Assembly (NCBI GenBank): GCA_904063045.1
Contig: CAJFCJ010000005.1
Span: 3,094,165 to 3,158,164, forward strand
Length of the DNA: 64,000 bases
Direction of reading: 5' to 3'
Origin: Dimorphilus gyrociliatus
Taxonomy: Eukaryota > Animalia > Annelida
Shown here: positions 23,546 to 35,264 of the stretch, piece by piece
Position numbering within the stretch: position 1 is the first letter of the stretch
How the letters are laid out: each line of letters opens with the position of its first letter
Position numbers and translations under genes: made by a program
Notes under the pieces: model-generated
What the model was told of the DNA's origin: nothing
The model's input: only the letters and a program-made list of their open reading frames with translations
Databases searched by the model: none

Positions 23546-26500
23546 ATGATACAATTAATAATATTTCTCATATATACTGTTAAAATGAAAACATATTTTA
23601 ATACATTTGGCTTAGCAAAAATTATTACTCTTACTATTATTTTTAACCAAGAACGATACTTTGTTTTCTCAGCACCATCCACTATTCCTACAACTTTTAC
23701 CTTCTCCACAGTTATGACACCGGCAGCTTCAAGTACCACTCCTACGACACAAACGGTGAATCCAACAGTATCTTCTGGTCCATCCACTGGCAATCCTTCA
23801 ACAGTGATAACACCAGGTGCATCAAGCACAGCTCCTGCGACACAAACGGTGAATCCAACAGTATCTTCTGGTCCATCCACTGGCAATCCTTCAACAGTGA
23901 TAACACCAGGTGCATCAAGCACAGCTCCAGCGACACAAACAGTCAATCCAACAGGTTCTACTGGTCAATCCACTGGCAATCCTTCAACAGTGATAACACC
24001 AGGTGCATCAAGCACAGCTCCTGCGACACAAACAGTCAATCCAACAGGTTCTACTGGTCCATCCACTGGCAATCCTTCAACAGTGATAACACCAGGTGCA
24101 TCAAGTACCGCTCCTGCGACACAAACAGTCCATCCAACAGTATCTTCTGGTCCATCCACTGGCAATCCTTCAACAGTGATAACACCAGGTGCATCAAGCA
24201 CAGCTCCAGCGACACAAACAGTCAATCCAACAGGTTCTACTGGTCAATCCACTGGCAATCCTTCAACAGTGATAACACCAGGAGCATCAAGTACCGCTCC
24301 TGCGACACAAACAGTCAATCCAACAGGTTCTACTGGTCAATCCACTGGCAATCCTTCAACAGTGATAACACCAGGTGCATCAAGCACAGCTCCAGCGACA
24401 CAAACGGTGAATCCAACATTATCTTCTGGTCCATCCACTGGCAATCCTTCAACAGTGATAACACCAGGTGCATCAAGCACAGCTCCAGCGACACAAACGG
24501 TGAATCCAACATTATCTTCTGGTCCATCCACTGGCAATCCTTCAACAGTGATAACACCAGGTGCATCAAGCACAGCTCCAGCGACACAAACAGTCAATCC
24601 AACAGGTTCTACTGGTCAATCCACTGGCAATCCTTCAACAGTGATAACACCAGGAGCATCAAGTACCGCTCCTGCGACACAAACAGTCAATCCAACAGGT
24701 TCTACTGGTCAATCCACTGGCAATCCTTCAACAGTGATAACACCAGGTGCATCAAGCACAGCTCCAGCGACACAAACGGTGAATCCAACATTATCTTCTG
24801 GTCCATCCACTGGCAATCCTTCAACAGTGATAACACCAGGTGCATCAAGCACAGCTCCTGCGACACAAACGGTGAATCCAACATTATCTTCTGGTCCATC
24901 CACTGGCAATCCTTCAACAGTGATAACACCAGGTGCATCAAGTACCGCTCCTGCGACACAAACAGTCCATCCAACAGTATCTTCTGGTCCATCCACTGGC
25001 AATCCTTCAACAGTGATAACACCAGGTGCATCAAGCACAGCTCCAGCGACACAAACAGTCAATCCAACAGGTTCTACTGGTCAATCCACTGGCAATCCTT
25101 CAACAGTGATAACACCAGGAGCATCAAGTACCGCTCCTGCGACACAAACAGTCAATCCAACAGGTTCTACTGGTCAATCCACTGGCAATCCTTCAATAGT
25201 GATAACACCAGGTGCATCAAGCACAGCTCCTGCGACACAAACAGTCAATCCAACAAGTTCTACTGGTCAATCCACTGGCAATCCTTCAATAGTGATAACA
25301 CCAGGTGCATCAAGCACAGCTCCTGCGACACAAACAGTCAATCCAACAAGTTCTACTGGTCAATCCACTGGCAATCCTTCAACAGTGATAACGCCAGGTG
25401 CATCAAGCACAGCTCCAGCGACACAAACGGTGAATCCAACATTATCTTCTGGTCCATCCACTGGCAATCCTTCAACAGTGATAACACCAGGTGCATCAAG
25501 TACCGCTCCTGCGACACAAACAGTCCATCCAACAGTATCTTCTGGTCCATCCACTGGCAATCCTTCAACAGTGATAACACCAGGTGCATCAAGCACAGCT
25601 CCAGCGACACAAACAGTCAATCCAACAGGTTCTACTGGTCAATCCACTGGCAATCCTTCAACAGTGATAACACCAGGAGCATCAAGTACCGCTCCTGCGA
25701 CACAAACAGTCAATCCAACAGGTTCTACTGGTCAATCCACTGGCAATCCTTCAACAGTGATAACACCAGGTGCATCAAGCACAGCTCCTGCCACACAAAC
25801 AGTCAATCCAACAGGTTCTACTGGTCCATCCACTGGCAATCCTTCAACAGTGATAACACCAGGTGCATCAAGCACAGCTCCTGCGACACAAACAGTCAAT
25901 CCAACAGGTTCTACTGGTCCATCCACTGGCAATCCTTCAACAGTGATAACACCAGGTGCATCAAGTACCGCTCCTGCGACACAAACAGTCCATCCAACAG
26001 TATCTTCTGGTCCATCCACTGGCAATCCTTCAACAGTGATAACACCAGGTGCATCAAGCACAGCTCCAGCGACACAAACAGTCAATCCAACAGGTTCTAC
26101 TGGTCAATCCACTGGCAATCCTTCAACAGTGATAACACCAGGAGCATCAAGTACCGCTCCTGCGACACAAACAGTCAATCCAACAGGTTCTACTGGTCAA
26201 TCCACTGGCAATCCTTCAATAGTGATAACACCAGGTGCATCAAGCACAGCTCCTGCGACACAAACAGTCAATCCAACAAGTTCTACTGGTCAATCCACTG
26301 GCAATCCTTCAACAGTGATAACACCAGGTGCATCAAGCACAGCTCCAGCGACACAAACGGTGAATCCAACAGTATCTTCTGGTCCATCCACTGGCAATCC
26401 TTCAACAGTGATAACGCCAGGTGCATCAAGCACAGCTCCAGCGACACAAACAGTCAATCCAACAGTATCTTCTGGTCCATCCACTGGCAATCCTTCAACA

Positions 26501-27955
26501 GTGATAACACCAGGTGCATCAAGCACAGCTCCTGCGACACAAACAGTCAATCCAACAGGTTCTACTGGTCAATCCACTGGCAATCCTTCAACAGTGATAA
26601 CACTAGGAGCATCAAGCACAGCTCCTGCGACACAAACAGTCAATCCAACAGGTTCTACTGGTCAATCCACTGGCAATCCTTCAACAGTGATAACGCCAGG
26701 TGCATCAAGCACAGCTCCTGCGACACAAACAGTCCATCCAACAGTATCTTCTGGTCCATCCACTGGCAATCCTTCAACAGTGATAACACCAGGTGCATCA
26801 AGCACAGCTCCAGCGACACAAACGGTGAATCCAACAGTATCTTCTGGTCCATCCACTGGCAATCCTTCAACAGTGATAACACCAGGTGCATCAAGCACAG
26901 CTCCTGCGACACAAACAGTCAATCCAACAGGTTCTACTGGTCAATCCACTGGCAATCCTTCAATAGTGATAACACCAGGTGCATCAAGCACAGCTCCTGC
27001 GACACAAACAGTCAATCCAACAAGTTCTACTGGTCAATCCACTGGCAATCCTTCAACAGTGATAACGCCAGGTGCATCAAGCACAGCTCCAGCGACACAA
27101 ACGGTGAATCCAACAGTATCTTCTGGTCCATCCACTGGTAATCCTTCAACAGTGATAACACCAGGAGCATCAAGTACTGCTCCTGCGACACAAACAGTCA
27201 ATCCAACAGGTTCTACTGGTCAATCCACTGGCAATCCTTCAACAGTGATAACGCCAGGTGCATCAAGCACAGCTCCTGCGACACAAACGTTGAATCCAAC
27301 AGTATCTTCTGGTCCATCCACTGGCAATCCTTCAACAGTGATAACACCAGGTGCATCAAGCACAGCTCCAGCGACACAAACAGTCAATCCAACAGTATCT
27401 TCTGGTCCATCCACTGGCAATCCTTCAACAGTGATAACACCAGGTGCATCAAGTACCGCTCCTGCGACACAAACAGTCAATCCAACAGGTTCTACTGGTC
27501 AATCCACTAGCAATCCTTCAACAGTGATAACACCAGGAGCATCAAGTACCGCTCCTGCGACACAAACGGTGAATCCAACAGGTTCTGCTGGTTCATCAAC
27601 TTTTTATCCAACAACAATAGTGACACCTAGTGCATCAAGCACTGCTTCTGTTACACAAACTGTAAATCCAAGTAACAGTCCAATATCTTTGCTTGTTACG
27701 CCTGGACCCACAGAAATTTTGAATGCCTTACCGACAATTTATATTTTACGGGAAAGATCTGTGAAATCTGTAACTAATGTGTTAATTACTATTTATAGCC
27801 AAAGTAAAATTCATTGTGCGGTTACCTGTAAAATGCTTGACCAATGTAAATCTTTTAATTTTAAAGTTGATGCTTATTGTGATTTGTATAGTTTAAACAA
27901 GTTAACGAATTATACTTCTGTTGGTGTTAAGAATTTATTTTATTCATCGTTGTAG
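23546..27955 (+). CDS. Mucin-like protein: hydrophobic N-terminus, 41 x 31-aa Thr/Ser/Pro repeats, C-terminal PAN/Apple-like module
   Basis: Uninterrupted 1469-aa ORF dominated by T/S/P/G/A. C-terminus QSKIHCAVTCKMLDQCKSFNFKVDAYCDLY. The true start is uncertain: ATG at 23546 or 23585, or an upstream exon spliced to the acceptor-like ttttctcag near 23672. Confidence 0.88.
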   Translation: MIQLIIFLIYTVKMKTYFNTFGLAKIITLTIIFNQERYFVFSAPSTIPTTFTFSTVMTPAASSTTPTTQTVNPTVSSGPSTGNPSTVITPGASSTAPATQTVNPTVSSGPSTGNPSTVITPGASSTAPATQTVNPTGSTGQSTGNPSTVITPGASSTAPATQTVNPTGSTGPSTGNPSTVITPGASSTAPATQTVHPTVSSGPSTGNPSTVITPGASSTAPATQTVNPTGSTGQSTGNPSTVITPGASSTAPATQTVNPTGSTGQSTGNPSTVITPGASSTAPATQTVNPTLSSGPSTGNPSTVITPGASSTAPATQTVNPTLSSGPSTGNPSTVITPGASSTAPATQTVNPTGSTGQSTGNPSTVITPGASSTAPATQTVNPTGSTGQSTGNPSTVITPGASSTAPATQTVNPTLSSGPSTGNPSTVITPGASSTAPATQTVNPTLSSGPSTGNPSTVITPGASSTAPATQTVHPTVSSGPSTGNPSTVITPGASSTAPATQTVNPTGSTGQSTGNPSTVITPGASSTAPATQTVNPTGSTGQSTGNPSIVITPGASSTAPATQTVNPTSSTGQSTGNPSIVITPGASSTAPATQTVNPTSSTGQSTGNPSTVITPGASSTAPATQTVNPTLSSGPSTGNPSTVITPGASSTAPATQTVHPTVSSGPSTGNPSTVITPGASSTAPATQTVNPTGSTGQSTGNPSTVITPGASSTAPATQTVNPTGSTGQSTGNPSTVITPGASSTAPATQTVNPTGSTGPSTGNPSTVITPGASSTAPATQTVNPTGSTGPSTGNPSTVITPGASSTAPATQTVHPTVSSGPSTGNPSTVITPGASSTAPATQTVNPTGSTGQSTGNPSTVITPGASSTAPATQTVNPTGSTGQSTGNPSIVITPGASSTAPATQTVNPTSSTGQSTGNPSTVITPGASSTAPATQTVNPTVSSGPSTGNPSTVITPGASSTAPATQTVNPTVSSGPSTGNPSTVITPGASSTAPATQTVNPTGSTGQSTGNPSTVITLGASSTAPATQTVNPTGSTGQSTGNPSTVITPGASSTAPATQTVHPTVSSGPSTGNPSTVITPGASSTAPATQTVNPTVSSGPSTGNPSTVITPGASSTAPATQTVNPTGSTGQSTGNPSIVITPGASSTAPATQTVNPTSSTGQSTGNPSTVITPGASSTAPATQTVNPTVSSGPSTGNPSTVITPGASSTAPATQTVNPTGSTGQSTGNPSTVITPGASSTAPATQTLNPTVSSGPSTGNPSTVITPGASSTAPATQTVNPTVSSGPSTGNPSTVITPGASSTAPATQTVNPTGSTGQSTSNPSTVITPGASSTAPATQTVNPTGSAGSSTFYPTTIVTPSASSTASVTQTVNPSNSPISLLVTPGPTEILNALPTIYILRERSVKSVTNVLITIYSQSKIHCAVTCKMLDQCKSFNFKVDAYCDLYSLNKLTNYTSVGVKNLFYSSL
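23750..27660 (+). repeat. 93-bp coding minisatellite, 41 full units plus degenerate flanks
   Basis: Unit TVNPT(GSTGQ|GSTGP|VSSGP|LSSGP|SSTGQ)STGNPSTVITPGASSTAPATQ. Equivalent positions 23762 and 27575 are exactly 41 x 93 nt apart. Confidence 0.95.
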
Positions 27956-30288
27956 ATTTTGAGAGTATTTTATAATTTTATGAACCATGTTTTTATTGAA
28001 GTGTTTGTCTAATAAATTTTGTTTTGAGGTATATCCTGAATTATCAAATATAGAAGATTTTCTGTTAAGAATAGTGACCTTGAATTGTTATCTTGCTGAA
28101 GATTTTTGCTGTTTTTTGCTAATTATATCAAGCAGACACTAATTTTATGAAAGGGCCTTTATAAATTGTTGATAATTGTAAGAATAATTGGCGATCATTA
28201 ATTGTAGAACTTATTAGATTACTATAATTACATTTCTAAAAAAGTAATATTTATGTTGAGTAATAAGTATAGCTTTTCTTCTGCATAATGTTAATAATAT
28301 GATCTTTTATTCTCTTAACAATGTATTACTTAATAAAGAATTGGTGAATTGTCATTATATTCAAATTTTCTAATTTGTTATAGATTTATTACAGAAATAT
28401 ATATTTAAATGAGTAATGGCAAAAGACTAAAAGTCGGCTAGTTGAGGTAAATAAGACAATCTATATAAATATTTGTGGAAAACTTCAAATTTTTTTGTCA
28501 ATTAGTTACTAATTAACTTTAGTAACGGTTGTAGTCTGTACGAAAATTTCTTATTGCTCAGTAAATTGTGTATTAGTGAGATATACTGACTGCATCATAT
28601 AAAAGTGACAAAGTGATATTTAGTATATATGCAGTATCTATACAGTTTATACTGTTTTTTTAGTGTATAGCTTCTTTCCTGTCCCGCTATTTCTTTGAAA
28701 AATCAATCTTTAGTAAAACTTGAAAGTGCAATAATTGATTTTATTATACAGTTAATACATTTTATATAAGAAAAAATTATAGCTTATTTAACTATCTTTT
28801 CACTTTTTATTCCTTTTGAAAAAATCTTCGATAAATATCAGTTTTTTCGACTATTTTTAAACTTTTAATATCAATAGGACAACGAAATATACTTTATGTA
28901 TAAAAGCTAAGCTTTTTGGAATATTTATAGAATATACGAAGTTGTTTTATACTGTTTATATAGCAATTGCATCTCCTTTAATGTTTGCATTATATATAAA
29001 GCTAAGATGTTAATATTGGAAATCTTTAGGCTAGAATATGAAAATATACACTATATATACAGTATATTGTATTTTTGTATATATGTATATATACTATAAC
29101 TAACAACTTTATGTATTTAATACATTACATACTTATGTTTAAAAAAAAACACTTGTTTATTTTCTATAAAAACGAAATAGAAATGTATTGAATGTCATTA
29201 AAATCAATATGACAAATTTACATAATACAAGTATTATTCATATTTTTTAAAGGCGTACTTCTATCTTTATTTCCGTAACAAATATCAAATTGAACAGTAC
29301 TTGTAATTTAAAAGAAAAACCATAAAGTTATGAATAATGTTTCTGTTGAATAAAATCAAAAATTCGAATAAACTTTTATAAAGTTTCCAATTCTATCTTC
29401 CAATCGTTAATATTGACTATTTAAATTCAGTAAAATCGTAATTGTTACTAAGCGACAAATGGATATCTATATTAAGATTAGTAGATTATCTTTTTTCCTT
29501 TAATTTGACTGAAGTAGTAATAATGTCGAATATTAAATTTTCAAAGAATTGAACTTTCTAATAATATTTGTAGATTAGAAATTACTGTTTTCACTAACTG
29601 CGTTAAGTGTAAATAGAATGTTTGCAAGATAACTGCTATATTCTACTAAAGATAAATAGTTTGTCCTCTTATTATGACATATCAATTTATAAAGTTAGAT
29701 CAAATGGAAAGTCTATGAAACTGAGAACCTTTCACATTATAAGCGTTATCCTATTAAACATGAATTATGCAGTAAATTGAGAAGTATTTCTATAGCTCTA
29801 ATTGACTTTTAATTGTGTGAAAAATAAAGTATATCCGGTTTGTATTTTTGACATCATTTTTCCATCTGCGTCTCTTCAGAGCAATTGACTGCAAAAGTGT
29901 GAAGAGTATGAAAAGTGTTGATAGTTGAAAAGTGTCAATAGCGTCCAATTAAATCAACTTTTACAAACAAAATGGCAAATAGTAATCAAAAAACAAAAGG
30001 GTACACATTATAGTTATGTTTATATTTGCCATTAAATAGAAGACAACACCTAAAAATCAATCACTAGCACAAAAATATCAATGTAGTAATCATATAGTAT
30101 CGAAGTTTATAAGAAAACATAGCTTAATTACAGAAAGACGATATAGAAGCCGCTAATATATAAAAAAATTATAATAAGCCAATGAAGAAGTGAAGTATGC
30201 ACACTCTATCGGAGGAGAAAAGAGTTTAATCATTGTCCTCTTCTGCTGCTTGGAACTATCACTTCATCTTACAAATTAACCTACTACA

Positions 30289-31411
30289 ATGAAATTATTA
30301 ACTTCTCTATTAGGATTCGTATCTTTCAGTCGTATTATGACAAACTGTCCAGACTCCAGCTGGAAAACTTATAATTCACATTGCTACTACATATCTTCAA
30401 CAAAAGAAAACTACAATGATGCTATAAACGAGTGTATTGGTATGTCGTCTCACATAGTACGAATAGACGATAGCTCTGAAAATAATTTTTTATGGGGTGT
30501 CGTCGATAATGGTGGTTTTGGAATAATACACACAAGTCCAAATGCAATTTGGTTAAGTGTAAATGATAGGACAAGTGGTATAGTATACAAGTTTTTTTTT
30601 TAATAACATAAACAAAGTGTGTTGACTTCTTCATGATTCAAACATCAAGAGGGTCACTTTAAACACGAAGATGATTCTAATGCTGCGTACCTGAACTTTG
30701 TGGGTGGGGATCCAAATGATTGGTAAGCGTTATTGTTCTATGGAAAGAATTTTGAATTCTCTTTTTATTTAATCTTATCTTTCTTTGTAGGGATGGAACT
30801 GATGGTGCAGACTGTACCGCTATGACGTTACTTGATACTGGAGGTTAAATAAAAATATATTATTGTTTTTAAAGTCTGAGATATTCTTGACTATCATAGG
30901 TTGGAGGGACAGAAAATGCTCAGCAAAATATCATTACGTTTGCGAAAGAAACTTTATTCCAACTACAACTCCCCAAACAACTCTTGAAACAACGGCCCAG
31001 ACAACTATTCAAACAACAATCCAGACAACTATTCAAACAACAACTGTTATACCTTCAACAGCAGCTACAACTGAAGGCCCAACAACCACTATTCAACCGG
31101 ATTTATCATCATCTATTAAAGGTTTTTTTCAACTTTTATCAGATTGTTCTGATTATCTAACTTGTTATTCTATTAATCTATCCTACCTAGTAACGCAGTA
31201 CTTTCTTCATGCTAAAGCTGCAAAACCGCAAACAAATTTTGTTACGCAACTAAAATCTCGTGGTAGAATTCATTGCGGTATACTATGTAGCTCTTTGGAA
31301 GCTTTATGCCAATCATTTACGTTGAAGGATGATTTGACATGTTTCCTGTACGGAGAAATGCGACTATCTTTATTAAATGTTAACTTGAACGAAGATTACT
31401 ACACAATTTAA
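30289..31411 (+). CDS. Secreted C-type lectin (DPN, WRD) + Thr-rich stalk + C-terminal PAN/Apple-like module; 5 exons
   Basis: Signal peptide MKLLTSLLGFVSFSRIMT; CPDSSW...CYY...C...WLS; GGDPNDW|DG...DC; GWRDRKC...YVCE; (QTTI)n stalk. The terminal phase-1 exon 31191-31411 encodes RGRIHCGILC...CQSF...C...DYYTI*. Confidence 0.87.
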
Positions 31412-32896
31412 ATCTGAACTCAAAGTATAAGGGCAGTTTATTTATCCTACAATTGTTGTAAATGACTCAAATATTTGTAAATAAAATGAAATGCCTATAT
31501 CCTATTCACTCTCTTTCAAAAAGAAAATCTCTAATATAGATCATATATATCTCTTTTTAGCAAGTTGTCTAATACAATATACCTCTAATTGAGGAGAATT
31601 GACTGTATTCTTATTATTATGTTAGCATGGCAAAACTAACAACAACAAAAAAGAAGTATATAGAACAATCTCTCATTTAGCAGCAATTATCTATTGTTTA
31701 AAAATCTAGGCAAGTTGTAAAATAATGAAGACAGATTAAAAGAAAATTATTGAAATTCCTATTACCATTATGTTATATAAAGTTAGATCAATAAGTATTT
31801 CAAGGTTTTATTATCTTTTTTCTGGCTTTTGATAAAAAAGAAAACATGACACTTTACTTTTTCATTATTCTTTGTTGAATTAAAAGTTATATGGTAAGAA
31901 TTGAGTTCAAATGTTATAAGAAATTCTCTTTTTATGTCCCATTTTACATAGGCATTTCAAGCACTATTTCCTAAATAATAATTTGCTCAATCAATAATTC
32001 ACTTTGTATTAAAGAGATTTTGACGTTTCTCTTTGTCTTAAGATAAATTTGAATTAAATTTTAATCTGATCATCAATTAAATAATAGAAAAAGAAAAACA
32101 GAATGCCTCTTTTATCATATTTTCTCATCATAACCAAAACATATCTATACTCTATCGCCATCTGGTAAGAGAAGTTTGTTACAGTTTACCATTTTTTAAA
32201 AAGTGAATAGTAATAAGTTAAATATGGTTCTAAGTCTTTTAAAGTATAATAAATAACTAATCTACTATACTTAATTCCTCTGAAATTTCTCTTACTTGAA
32301 AGATATTCACGAAATTATAGCATATAATATACCATTGACATTGAACTAAGAATGAAATAAAATAATTAGGGCACAGATTTATCAATTAATCTATAAACGA
32401 GTAAACGATGAAGACAAGTTTACCATTTGCTTAAAGAAAAAAATGGAACTAATCAATAGTTTTGTAGAATCCAGATTTAAAGGATGGAGAAGTTAAAAAG
32501 CATTAACACAATAAATCTTAGACTTCTTATACTGTCTTATACTACTTAAATATTCGGACGAAAGGGAAAGTAAAATTCTCTATTTTGGGAAAAGATTAAT
32601 GATTGTCACGTCATTTCATGACATTGAAGTTCAATGATCCTACTTTAGTCTGCTACTGAAATCTAGTATTTAAAATATTGTTCTATAGGATATAATAAAT
32701 ATTAACCTTTAGCTCGATAATTAATTGGAAAACATGTGAATGGATAATAAAAGATTTCGATTGAATACAAATAAAAACAGGAAATCTTTTGAAATCAGTC
32801 TGTCGCATAGAGAATTCATCAACGGAAGTTAGTATCTCTATATTAAAGGACTCTTTCTTTGACATTTCTCATTTATGAACCGCTCTTTCGGCGACT

Positions 32897-34457
32897 ATGA
32901 AGTTTATACTGTTCAAAATTTTCTTCTTTATAAATTTGAACAATTATTTTATTGGTAATAATTTACAAAATATATCTGTCTAATGTTAGCTAAACGTGTC
33001 ATTAAAACATCAGAAAGTTATAGAAGAGTCGTCTACTTTAATGATGGATTTACCATTCAAGCTAGACCAGCAGAATTTGGGAACAGTTTTGGAAAAGATG
33101 AGAAGGTTTATTTCTTTCTTTTTTTTGTAAATTCCTTCTTCTTGACGTTTAAGTTAGAGATTTTTTTTAAGGTGGAGGGTATTGTCAAACTAGCTGAACC
33201 ATTTGATGGATGCGATCAATATACAAATATGGCAGATATTCGTGGAAAAATAGCTCTTGTACTAAGAGGTAAATGTACGTTTGAACAGAAAGGTTTTTTC
33301 GCAAACTACAGTGGAGCAATTGGTCTTATTATTATGGGTAATGAGAAATTTTCTCCCTTTATTAACTATTTGGTAAATTGAAAATTTCCCTATTCGACAG
33401 ATAACAAAAACAGTTATGAGATGTATTCATTTACTTCTAACTCAGCTCCTTATCATACCTTAGGTTCTGAGTGTATTGATCATGATAAAATAACCATAGG
33501 TGTTGTTGCAATTGGTAAACAAGCATCTATCACCTTGGTACAGCGGGTTAACAACGGTGATAATTACATAACAATTACAACAAATGGTAACTTGTCTTCT
33601 CTGTTCATTACTTAATAGTTTATAATTTTATCTTTTCCAGTTTTGATGGCTGGTATTCATCAACCCTGTTCTTATAATGAAGATTGTAGACACTCTCCTA
33701 AAGCTGCTGAGTGTCTAATTGGTAAATGCCGTTGTACAAGCTATTTTCGGGATGTTTGGACAAATACTGAATATTTGTGTGAAGAACGTTAGATTCATAA
33801 ATTTAATTTGTTTTAGAATATATGAAAAATTAAAATATGCTTGAATTACAGACACGGCACTTCCAAAAGCACATTGTTCCGGTAAGTAAAAAGTCTTTTT
33901 CGTATTTTCATAAATAATTCATCTTTACAACCAGCAAAAAATCTTGGAGAAAGCTGTCTCGCTGGTGAAATTTGTAAAGATTTTCCCAATTTAATATGCT
34001 CTCCATCTGATATTTGCGTTTATGGTCAGAGTTACATGACAAGTCCAAGTACAACAAGTTAGAATAATATTTAATATAAGATAGTCATTATTTTAAAAAT
34101 ATTAAATATATATTTCCTAATTTAAAAAGTTATTGGATCATCTACTCAATCTCCAATCACCGAACAAACAACCAATTCACTAACATCGACATCTACATCA
34201 ATAGGAACAAAAAGAACATTATGCGGCGAGGATCCTTTGATAAAAAGTGCTCTCTAATCTATTCTCTTTATCTAATCTTTGAAATTTAACAATTTCTACT
34301 TTTAAATAAATAGTTAGATGCGTTAAATTTAGAAGAAGCTATGAAAACGTTACCCAAAATTGTTCAACACCCTTTCAACAACACCATGTATACCGAGGAT
34401 TTGGAAATTGTGGAGGAAAGTGTATCGAAACAACAAATTGCTTTGGTATTGTTATAA
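32897..34457 (+). CDS. Secreted PA (protease-associated) domain protein with two Cys-rich (EB-like) modules and a Ser/Thr-rich segment; about 9 exons
   Basis: MKFILFKIFFFINLNNYFI|...ARPAEFG...AEPFDGC...IRGKIALVLRGKCTFEQK...GAIGLII (PA domain), then CSYNEDC...AECLIGKCRC and GESCLAGEIC...LICSPSDIC. The later exon joins are hand-inferred. Stop at 34455-34457. Confidence 0.7.
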
Positions 34458-35264
34458 TGGATAGTAAATGTATTACACTAATTAATCCAGATCATTTAAA
34501 TATCTGCATTGCAAAAAGATGGAAATTATATTTTATTGATTAGCAACATAAATATTAAATTTATGTCTAAAAGCCGACTTTTAACCAAAAATAACTGGTT
34601 ATACTGCAAAATATTGGAAAAATAAATAAAGAATTGTTTATCATTAGCAACATGGTCTTAAACTAACATTTTCATATTTTCATAATGACTGATATTCCAC
34701 TACGTCTTTTCGATTCTTAAGACTTCCTGAACAAATTTATCATTTTACATGACAATACATTGTTTTATTCTATTTTGATTGAATGATATTAAAACAGTTC
34801 TATTTCATTATTAGATTTATTTTACAAAATCTATTCAATTAATATTACCCTGAGGGAAATAATGATTTTTTATTTCTTGTACTCAGTTTCTCGTCTAGCT
34901 CGTTAAATACTTTATCATATCAAATATACATATAACTAAATATTATAAATAATTTATTGTAAATAATTTATTCTTTTAATAAATTGATTTAGAATTATAA
35001 TTAACAAAATTTATTAAACAGAAATAGAAAAATCATTACGGAATACACTTAATCAACCTAAAAAGAGAAGTAAAATCAATTATAACCATAGTAAATATCT
35101 CATATTTAAGTCCTGTTCACTTCCTTATAACAAAGTATACCTTTATAATTCAATAATTGATTTGTCATTTATAGGACGTTCTTTTTAAAATCTCTACCAG
35201 TTTCTTTTCTTTAATTTGAATATTTCACCTGCAATTGGTTTGACAACAAAATTTCACCATAACA

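Noticed and set aside
23533-27480. Many minus-strand ORFs (TVCVAGAVLDAPG..., SLELCLMHLV...) across the mucin array
   Set aside because: Antisense shadows of the 93-bp coding repeat. They break whenever the unit variant changes, while the plus frame stays open for 1469 aa.
23750-27660. Repeat array as a CRISPR or satellite
   Set aside because: No unique spacers and no cas genes, in a eukaryotic context. The unit is a multiple of 3 and lies in an open Thr/Ser-rich frame.
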